Part shown: piece by piece, positions 9,185 through 15,805 of the stretch
Layout of the letters: the number at the start of each line of letters is the position of its first letter
How positions within the stretch are numbered: the stretch's first letter is position 1
From: Candidatus Saccharimonadota bacterium
Lineage (GTDB): Bacteria; Patescibacteriota; Gracilibacteria; UBA1369; 2-02-FULL-48-14
NCBI GenBank assembly: GCA_016699145.1
Contig: CP064962.1
Coordinates: forward strand, 510,001 to 542,000
DNA: 32,000 nucleotides
Direction: 5' to 3'
Notes under the pieces: generated by a model
Seen by the model: only the letters and a program-made list of their open reading frames with translations
Told to the model about the DNA's origin: nothing
Database searches by the model: none
Made by a program: the position numbers and the translations under genes

Positions 9185-10054
9185 CTAGCTAGGCCGATAC
9201 AAAGCCACATATTGATCCACAAAACGTTTATTAGATTCAAAGTCCGGCTGAGTCCGCAGTCTCCAATGCGAAGATGGTGCTTCTTCATTGTCGATGAGAC
9301 CCAAATGGGCTAAGCGTTCGTGGGCCGTACAAAGGGCATGCAAGCGCGCAGGATCATGAACTTTTTCAAGTGCCCAACGTTGAGTATGATGCAAAGAAGT
9401 CGCTCGTCGTGAACAGCCAGGATACGCACAAAGACCTCCGCTCCGCTCTCGAACCTGCCTCTGAATTCGTAAAGGGATATGCCGCGAAGAAGCCTTCGTT
9501 TTGACATCGAGAGGCACAATTTCTGAAACAACAGTCTCTTTTTCACCATCAAGGAACCTGTCCATCAGTTCTTGCCACGTAGAGTCTCCCTTCATTCGCT
9601 TCAATTTTTCAAGCGTCTCGGGGGAAAGTTCCATGCTAAGTTTTACAGTTTTGGTTTCCTCCCCGGGGAGACATTCTCTCCTGAAGTTTTGGACGTAAGT
9701 TTCCAAACTGTGTTTACTCATGGTTCTGGCTTTCTCCGCCCAAAAATCAGCCGTGTCTAAAGTGGCGATGGACACCACAGGCCGCACGCGCTGCAAACCT
9801 TTCTCAGCCACTACAGCCTGTAGAGCAGCTTTATTTTCTATCTTTTTTAAGACACGCAAAGCTTCCTCAACAGTAGCCCGACTCATCCCTGCCAACTTTG
9901 CTGCATACTCAAAAATACTGCCAAAACCCTTCTTGCGCCAAACTTGCCGACGTTCAATTTGAGGCAAAAGAAGCACACACTTGCGAGTCCACTCACGCGC
10001 ATTTCGCCCATATTCACTGAATTGCTGATGAAGAACTTGATCTTTTTTATCCAT
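9185..10054 (-). CDS. Free-standing HNH endonuclease (DUF222-like N-terminal region)
   Basis: C-terminal HNH/zinc-finger core: CAYPGCSRRATSLHHTQRWALEKVHDPARLHALCTAHERLAHLG. It lies between fba and fbp. I prefer the ATG at 10054 (MDKKDQV...). The ORF-track start at 10072 is a TTG. Confidence 0.8.
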   Translation of the reverse strand: MDKKDQVLHQQFSEYGRNAREWTRKCVLLLPQIERRQVWRKKGFGSIFEYAAKLAGMSRATVEEALRVLKKIENKAALQAVVAEKGLQRVRPVVSIATLDTADFWAEKARTMSKHSLETYVQNFRRECLPGEETKTVKLSMELSPETLEKLKRMKGDSTWQELMDRFLDGEKETVVSEIVPLDVKTKASSRHIPLRIQRQVRERSGGLCAYPGCSRRATSLHHTQRWALEKVHDPARLHALCTAHERLAHLGLIDNEEAPSSHWRLRTQPDFESNKRFVDQYVALYRPS

Positions 10055-10117
10055 GTTCAGAATATAGCACAAAGGGTGAGTATGCGCTCACCTTTCGGCT
10101 GGACTCCATTGAAAAAA

Positions 10118-10160
10118 GTTGCACAGTGCCCTGTGGGTACAAGGTGCCCTGTGGGTGCAA
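10118..10160. repeat. Intergenic tandem copies (2 full units plus a partial) of an 18-bp unit, core GTGCCCTGTGGGTRCA
   Basis: The sequence reads ...gttgcac AGTGCCCTGTGGGTACAA GGTGCCCTGTGGGTGCAA aataa. It is the same unit and orientation as the copies inside fba. Confidence 0.9.
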
Positions 10161-10247
10161 AATAAATCGCCCTGACCTAAGGCCGATGCTTTCGGCGTTC
10201 GCCGCGTAAAAAGCTTTCTAAAGATCATGTCGAACGAACAGCTTAAA

Positions 10248-10267
10248 CTGTCTCCCCGGGGAGACAG
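10248..10267 (-). terminator. Perfect 20-bp palindrome, candidate intrinsic terminator of fba
   Basis: CTGTCTCCCCGGGGAGACAG lies 32 nt downstream of the fba stop. On the minus strand it is followed by TTTAAGC, which is only weakly U-rich. Confidence 0.5.
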
Positions 10268-10299
10268 TCACAAATCAGGTGTTACAAAAAATTCCAGTT

Positions 10300-11412
10300 T
10301 CACGTAAAAAGCGCCTCAGCTTCCTCACTCCACTTCCCCTCCGCAGCAAGTCCATTCATGTGGGCACGGTGCACCAAAACTTTCTGTGCCTCCACAAAAG
10401 AAGCGCGATCTTTGGCCCACACCTCCAAAGCAGGCTGTTGTATGCCACGTCCATACGAAAAACTGAGCGGCCAAGGCAGGGTGCCCTGCGGGTGCAAGGT
10501 GCCCAGCTGGTGCATCAAGTTCAAATGCACTGTGGACTTCGCATCACTCTGCCCACCAGACAAAAACACCACTCCGGCAATGTTATCCGGCACATTTTCT
10601 TTCAAACATTTTACCGTCATTTCAGCCACTGTCTTTTCATCCGATTGCACGGCGGCATTCTTCCCCGCAAGCACCATGCTGACTTTCAAAATCGTGCCTT
10701 CCAGCGCCACGCCTTGTTCGGCGAGTTCGACAAAGAGAGTCTTTAAAACCTGAGCCGTCACTTCGTAACAACGTTCAATGCTGTGTGTTCCCTCCATCAT
10801 CATTTCCGGCTCCACCATCGGTACGATGTCCGCTTCTTGGCAAAGGGCTGCATAGCGAGCCAGGGCGTGAACATTGGCCTTCACACAAGCCGCGCTGGGT
10901 AAGAGGCCCTGTGGGTACAGCGTGCCCTGTGGGTGCAGAGTGCCCTGTGGGTGCAGAGTGCCCTGTGGGTACAAGGCATCAGAAATGTTAATGACGGCGC
11001 GCCACTTGGCAAAAGTCGCTCCGAGTCCACGGTATTCCACCAGACGTTCACGCAGTCCATCCAGCCCTTCTGTCACCTGCTCCCCGGGATGCAAGGCCAG
11101 ATCCTTCGCCCCTGTGTCCACTTTAATCCCAGGTTGAATGCCTTTTTCTTTTAAAACATCGACAAACTTGCGTCCGTCGCGCGTGCTTTGTCTCAAGGTT
11201 TCATCAAACAAAATCATCCCGCCCAAATATTGCTCAATGCCAGGGGCTGTGACCAAAAGTTCGCGATATTCACGACGCGTGTCTTCGTTGCAGTCGACCC
11301 CTAAAGCTTCAAAACGCTTTTTACAAGTGGAGTGACTTTCATCGATGGCTAAAACTCCTTTACCAGGAGCTACCATGGCTTTGGCCGTGGATTGAAGAAC
11401 AGAAAGATTCAT
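10300..11412 (-). CDS. fba: Fructose-bisphosphate aldolase, class I (Schiff-base type), carrying in-frame hexapeptide-repeat insertions
   Basis: Motifs present: GKGVLAIDES, FAKWRAV, LARYA, IVPMVEPE, the Schiff-base lysine context EGTILKVSMV, FLSGGQS and LSFSYGRG. I prefer the ATG at 11412 (MNLSVLQSTAKAMVAPGKG). The ORF extends to 11484. Confidence 0.9.
   Translation of the reverse strand: MNLSVLQSTAKAMVAPGKGVLAIDESHSTCKKRFEALGVDCNEDTRREYRELLVTAPGIEQYLGGMILFDETLRQSTRDGRKFVDVLKEKGIQPGIKVDTGAKDLALHPGEQVTEGLDGLRERLVEYRGLGATFAKWRAVINISDALYPQGTLHPQGTLHPQGTLYPQGLLPSAACVKANVHALARYAALCQEADIVPMVEPEMMMEGTHSIERCYEVTAQVLKTLFVELAEQGVALEGTILKVSMVLAGKNAAVQSDEKTVAEMTVKCLKENVPDNIAGVVFLSGGQSDAKSTVHLNLMHQLGTLHPQGTLPWPLSFSYGRGIQQPALEVWAKDRASFVEAQKVLVHRAHMNGLAAEGKWSEEAEALFT
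10480..10515. repeat. Two degenerate 18-bp units inside fba
   Basis: GGTGCCCTGCGGGTGCAA GGTGCCCAGCTGGTGCAT. On the minus strand this encodes ...MHQLGTLHPQGTLPW.... Confidence 0.75.
10903..10974. repeat. Four tandem 18-bp units inside fba (72 bp, in frame)
   Basis: GAGGCCCTGTGGGTACAG CGTGCCCTGTGGGTGCAG AGTGCCCTGTGGGTGCAG AGTGCCCTGTGGGTACAA. The minus-strand translation is LYPQGT LHPQGT LHPQGT LYPQGL. Confidence 0.95.
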
Positions 11413-11494
11413 AAGAAAATTTAGATTTGACGGCGCCACTATAGCATTCTTTTTAAAATAGGATAAACTGCTCATCACGCTCATTCCTTTTCAC

Positions 11495-12808
11495 GTGAAG
11501 AAAATCTTCCACCACCTTTTGATCAACAACCTCGTCGCGGGCATCAGCAACGCCTTCGTTTGGTTCGCCCTGACCTTTTGGATCTTCCTTGAAACGCGCT
11601 CCATTTTGGCGACCTCTCTGCTCGGTGGAACCTTTGCCATTGCCAACGCCCTCACGGCCTTTCCGTTTGGACACATCGTGGATCATCACAAAAAGAAAAG
11701 CGCCTTCGTGCTATCCAGTTTACTTTCGGTCAGTTGCTACCTCCTGGGCATCTTGCTCTACCACCTGACCCTCTCAGACGGAGTCGTCCAAACTCGCGAC
11801 CCCTTCTTATGGATTTTCGTGGTCGTGCTCATGGTGGGGGCCGTTTCTGGAAACCTGCGCAACATCAGCTTAAATCCGGTCGTCACCATGCTCTTCAAAG
11901 AGGAGGAACGCGGTCAAGCCAACGGACTCGTGGGCATGGTCAACGGTGTGACTTTCATGTTCACATCGGTACTCAGCGGGCTGGCCATCGGTTTTCTGGG
12001 CATGGAGATCAGTCTTTATTTTGCCCTCGCGGGAACGGTACTCACTCTGCTGGACCTCTTTCTAGTGCAAATCCCCGAAAAAGATCCTCAGACGCACGAG
12101 GATCACCCAGACCACCCTCATGAAAAGAAAGAAAAAAAGAACACTCTCGACCTCATCCGTAGCACACCTGGCTTCTACAGCCTCGTCTTTTTTGCCATCT
12201 TCAACAACGTACTCGGCGGCGTCTTCATGGCCCTCATGGATGCCTACGGACTTTCGCTCGTCTCAGTTCAAGCCTGGGGTTTCATTTGGGGAGGCCTCAG
12301 CATTGGTGTGATGATTGGAGGTGCCATCGTGACCAAATACGGCACTGGAAAAGATCCGCTCAAAAGACTCATCCTCATCAACCTATTCACCTGGATCACT
12401 TGCATTTTCTTCCCATTGAAGGCTTCGATCCTTTGGCTGATCGTAGGCGCAGCCACCTGGATGATCGCCTTCCCCATCATTGAAGCTTCCGAGCAAACCA
12501 TCATTCAAAAAGTCATCCCTTTAAAACATCAAGGACGCGTGACCGGCTTCATTCAAAGCATCGAATCCTCAACTTCGCCCCTCACCACGCTGATGATCGG
12601 ACCTCTCACTCAAATTTGGATCGTGCCCTTCATGACCACAGGCTTCGGTGCTCAAAGCATCGGCTCTTGGTTCGGAACCGGTCAAGACCGGGCCATGGCC
12701 CTGGTCTTTGTGATGGCCGGCATCATCGGCGTCATTGTCAGTCTCTTCACGCTCTTCTCCGGCAGTAGACGTCGCCTAAGCAAGCTTTATAATGCAAGCA
12801 ACACTTAA
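11495..12808 (+). CDS. MFS-type transporter
   Basis: 437 aa with about 12 predicted hydrophobic helices in a 6+6 arrangement. They are separated by a charged, His-rich central loop (PQTHEDHPDHPHEKKEKK). GTG start. Confidence 0.75.
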   Translation: MKKIFHHLLINNLVAGISNAFVWFALTFWIFLETRSILATSLLGGTFAIANALTAFPFGHIVDHHKKKSAFVLSSLLSVSCYLLGILLYHLTLSDGVVQTRDPFLWIFVVVLMVGAVSGNLRNISLNPVVTMLFKEEERGQANGLVGMVNGVTFMFTSVLSGLAIGFLGMEISLYFALAGTVLTLLDLFLVQIPEKDPQTHEDHPDHPHEKKEKKNTLDLIRSTPGFYSLVFFAIFNNVLGGVFMALMDAYGLSLVSVQAWGFIWGGLSIGVMIGGAIVTKYGTGKDPLKRLILINLFTWITCIFFPLKASILWLIVGAATWMIAFPIIEASEQTIIQKVIPLKHQGRVTGFIQSIESSTSPLTTLMIGPLTQIWIVPFMTTGFGAQSIGSWFGTGQDRAMALVFVMAGIIGVIVSLFTLFSGSRRRLSKLYNASNT

Positions 12809-12819
12809 CCCTCACATCA

Positions 12820-13221
12820 ATGCAAACTCAAGTCTTCATCAACCTCTGCGTCAGCGACCTTCCTAAATCCATGGAATTCTTCAAAGCCCTCGGCTTCAGC
12901 TTCAATCCAAAGTTCACTAATGAAGAAGCCGCTTGCATGCAGATCACAGACAGTATTTTCTCGATGCTCATCACCCCCGCTCGCTTCAAAGACTTCACTA
13001 AAAAAGACGTAGTGGACGCCAAAAAAGCCACGGAAGTGCTCATTGCCCTTTCCTACGAAAGCAAAGAAAAGGTGAACGAAATCGCCGACAAAGCCCTCGC
13101 TGCCGGAGCCACCCCCGCCCGCGACCCCGAAGACATCGGCTTTATGTTCACTCGCGCCATTCAAGACCTCGATGGCCACATTTGGGAATTCTTTTGGATG
13201 GACTCTAAAACCGTGCAATAG
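12820..13221 (+). CDS. VOC (glyoxalase/bleomycin-resistance fold) family protein
   Basis: 133 aa. The N-terminus VFINLCVSDLPKSMEFFKALGF and the C-terminus QDLDGHIWEFFWMD are typical of small VOC/glyoxalase-like proteins. The mirror ORF on the minus strand was rejected. Confidence 0.7.
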   Translation: MQTQVFINLCVSDLPKSMEFFKALGFSFNPKFTNEEAACMQITDSIFSMLITPARFKDFTKKDVVDAKKATEVLIALSYESKEKVNEIADKALAAGATPARDPEDIGFMFTRAIQDLDGHIWEFFWMDSKTVQ

Positions 13222-13228
13222 TTTGCAC

Positions 13229-13257
13229 TTGCAATCGAAGTTTTAGCACTCTATAAT
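13229..13257 (+). promoter_or_regulatory. Sigma-70-type promoter of clpB (TTGCAA-17 nt-TATAAT)
   Basis: TTGCAA is at 13229-13234, followed by a 17-nt spacer and TATAAT at 13252-13257. The -10 hexamer lies inside the CIRCE spacer. Confidence 0.6.
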
Positions 13258-13269
13258 GATGAGTGCTAA
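13243..13269 (+). promoter_or_regulatory. CIRCE operator (HrcA binding site), a perfect match to the consensus
   Basis: TTAGCACTC-tataatgat-GAGTGCTAA equals the consensus TTAGCACTC-N9-GAGTGCTAA. It ends 10 nt upstream of the clpB ATG at 13280. Confidence 0.85.
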
Positions 13270-13279
13270 CCCTGCTTTT

Positions 13280-15805
13280 ATGGATCTAGAACGTTTCACC
13301 ACCAAAGCCGCTGAGGCCCTGGATCAAACAGGCAAACTCGTACAAAAACGCGGGCATGCCTCCCTCACTCCTCTGCACCTTCTTTACACTCTGCTCATTC
13401 AGGAGAGCGGCATCGTACCTGGACTTTTCAAGAGCATGGACCTCGATGTGAATGCTCACTTAAAACGTCTCGAAGAAACCTTCAAAGCCTATCCAAAAAT
13501 CAGTGGCAATTATCGCTCACAAGTCTCCCCAGAGCTCGCAGAGGTTCTGGAACGAGCTGAAAAAGAAGCGCGCGACCTTCAAGATGAATACATCAGCACC
13601 GAACATCTTTTGCTCAGTCTGCTCAAAGACCGTAGCGTGACTCCCATTTTGCCCCTCAAACGAGAAATGGTTCTCGAAAAATTGAAAGCCTATCGAGGCA
13701 GCCAACACGTCACCGACCAAGACCCAGAAAACAAATATCAAGCCCTCGCAAAATACACCATCGATTTCACAAAGCTCGCTCGCGATGGCAAGATCGATCC
13801 CGTGATTGGACGCAACGAAGAGATTCGCCGCGTGATGCAAATTTTATCTCGACGCACCAAGAACAACCCCGTGCTCGTGGGCGAACCTGGAACGGGTAAA
13901 ACGGCCATCGTCGAAGGCCTGGCCAAAAAGATCATCGATGGAGATGTGCCCGAAAGTTTGAAGCGAAAACAATTATTAGGCCTAGACTTAGGTGCCTTGC
14001 TCGCAGGCACCAAATTCCGGGGTGAATTTGAAGAACGTCTCAAGGCCATCATTAAAGAAATTGAAAACTCTGACGGGCAAATCATCCTTTTCATCGACGA
14101 ACTTCACACCATCGTGGGTGCCGGCGCCGGTGAAGGTTCCACCGATGCGGGCAACTTACTGAAGCCAGCCCTCGCTCGTGGACAACTTCGCACCATCGGT
14201 GCAACGACTTTAAAAGAATATCGAAAGTACATTGAAAAAGACGCCGCGCTCGAGCGTCGCTTCCAGCCCGTGATGGTGGAAGAGCCATCACAAAAAGACG
14301 CGCTATCCATTCTGCGCGGCATCAAAGAAAAATACGAAGTACACCACGGCGTGAAGATCCGCGACAACGCCCTCGTTGCCGCAGTAACGCTGTCGAGTCG
14401 CTACATCACCGACCGCTTTTTGCCCGACAAAGCCATCGATCTCATGGATGAAGCCTGCTCTGTGATTCGCATTGAAAACGACAGCATGCCCACAGAAATC
14501 GATCAGCTGCAAAGACAAATTCGCCAACTTGAAATCGAACGTGAAGCACTTAAAAAAGAAGCCGATCCCGAATCAAAAAACCCAGATACCTCTGCGCAAA
14601 AACGCCTCAAAACTTTGGAAAAAGACCTCAGCGAATCTAAAGAGAACCTCAGTGTTTTAGAAACAAAATGGCGCAGCGAAAAAGAATTGATCGACCAACT
14701 CAAAGGCATCGATAAACAAATCGACGAGCTCAAAATGGAGGCCCAAACACTGGAGCGTCAAAGCGACCTCGCACGTGTCGCTGAAATCAAATACGGAAAG
14801 ATACCTGAACTCCAAAAACAAGCCGAAGAATCCAAGGAAAAACTTCGTGCTCGCCAAGGCGAAGGTCACCTGCTCCGCGACGAAGTGACGGAAGAAGACA
14901 TCGCTGCCGTAGTGTCGCGTTGGACCGGAATTCCAGTGAGCAAAATGCTCAGCACAGAAGCTGAAAAATTAACTCACATGGAAGAGGAACTCGCACATCG
15001 TGTGATCGGACAAAAAGAAGCGATCGGCGCCGTATCAAACGCTGTGCGCCGCAGCCGCGCCGGCATCCAAGACGAGAATCGCCCCATTGGTTCTTTCATT
15101 TTCCTCGGCCCTACCGGCGTGGGTAAAACCGAGCTCGCCAAAGCTTTGGCTGAAAGCCTTTTCGACGACGACAAACGCATCCTCAGACTCGACATGTCCG
15201 AATACATGGAGAAGCATTCCGTCGCTCGGCTGGTCGGCTCACCTCCAGGTTATGTAGGCTACGAAGAAGGCGGACAACTCACCGAAGCATTGCGTCGTCA
15301 CCCCTACTCCGTGCTGCTCTTCGATGAAATCGAAAAAGCACACCCAGATGTCTTCAACATCCTTTTACAAATGCTCGACGACGGCCGCCTCACCGACAGC
15401 AAAGGCCGCACCGTGGACTGTCGCAACACCGTCATCATTCTCACGTCAAACTTGAAACAGGACCAACTCAAGACAGCCTTCCGTCCAGAATTCTTAAACC
15501 GTATCGACAGTGTCATCGTCTTCCACAAACTCGACCCCGAGCACATCGGTGAGATTGTCAAACTTCAACTTAAAAAAGTGGCGGACCGTCTCGCTCGCCG
15601 TGGAATCACACTCAAACTTTCTAAGACAGCCCTCGCCCATTTTGCCGAAGCCGGCTATGACGAAGACTTCGGGGCTCGCCCGCTCAAACGCCTCATTCAA
15701 AACGAACTGCTCGACGAACTTTCCCTCCGCATTTTGGAAGGCAAAATCAAAGAAGGATCAAACGTGGAAGTGGAGTACAAAGATGGAAGCATCCAGCTCA
15801 GCTAG
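13280..15805 (+). CDS. clpB: ATP-dependent chaperone/disaggregase ClpB
   Basis: Clp N-domain, two AAA+ modules (Walker A GEPGTGKT and GPTGVGKT) and a long coiled-coil middle domain. I chose the start [14 protein letters not shown] at 13280. The track's start at 13256 lies inside CIRCE. Confidence 0.95.
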   Translation: MDLERFTTKAAEALDQTGKLVQKRGHASLTPLHLLYTLLIQESGIVPGLFKSMDLDVNAHLKRLEETFKAYPKISGNYRSQVSPELAEVLERAEKEARDLQDEYISTEHLLLSLLKDRSVTPILPLKREMVLEKLKAYRGSQHVTDQDPENKYQALAKYTIDFTKLARDGKIDPVIGRNEEIRRVMQILSRRTKNNPVLVGEPGTGKTAIVEGLAKKIIDGDVPESLKRKQLLGLDLGALLAGTKFRGEFEERLKAIIKEIENSDGQIILFIDELHTIVGAGAGEGSTDAGNLLKPALARGQLRTIGATTLKEYRKYIEKDAALERRFQPVMVEEPSQKDALSILRGIKEKYEVHHGVKIRDNALVAAVTLSSRYITDRFLPDKAIDLMDEACSVIRIENDSMPTEIDQLQRQIRQLEIEREALKKEADPESKNPDTSAQKRLKTLEKDLSESKENLSVLETKWRSEKELIDQLKGIDKQIDELKMEAQTLERQSDLARVAEIKYGKIPELQKQAEESKEKLRARQGEGHLLRDEVTEEDIAAVVSRWTGIPVSKMLSTEAEKLTHMEEELAHRVIGQKEAIGAVSNAVRRSRAGIQDENRPIGSFIFLGPTGVGKTELAKALAESLFDDDKRILRLDMSEYMEKHSVARLVGSPPGYVGYEEGGQLTEALRRHPYSVLLFDEIEKAHPDVFNILLQMLDDGRLTDSKGRTVDCRNTVIILTSNLKQDQLKTAFRPEFLNRIDSVIVFHKLDPEHIGEIVKLQLKKVADRLARRGITLKLSKTALAHFAEAGYDEDFGARPLKRLIQNELLDELSLRILEGKIKEGSNVEVEYKDGSIQLS

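Noticed and set aside
10088-10228. A 46-aa minus-strand ORF (MIFRKLFTRRTPKASALGQGDLFCTHRAPCTHRALCNFFQWSPAER) covering the intergenic 18-bp repeats, and the plus-strand CPVG(T/A)x reading of the same repeats, as a possible Cys-rich peptide gene
   Set aside because: The ORF is short with no recognisable start context or family. The repeats are read in different frames here (CTHRAP) and in fba (LHPQGT), so the Cys pattern is most simply a by-product of the DNA repeat. It is kept only as a caveat.
10903-10974. G-quadruplex formation by the four GGG tracts of the tandem 18-bp array
   Set aside because: The tracts are separated by 15-nt loops, well beyond canonical G4 loop lengths. This is possible only as a non-canonical structure and cannot be supported from sequence alone.
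12817-13218. A 133-aa minus-strand ORF that mirrors the VOC-family gene almost exactly
   Set aside because: It is a shadow ORF. Its translation is low-complexity (G/F/E-rich) with no family motifs, whereas the plus-strand product has clear VOC-fold termini and follows the MFS gene in the same orientation.
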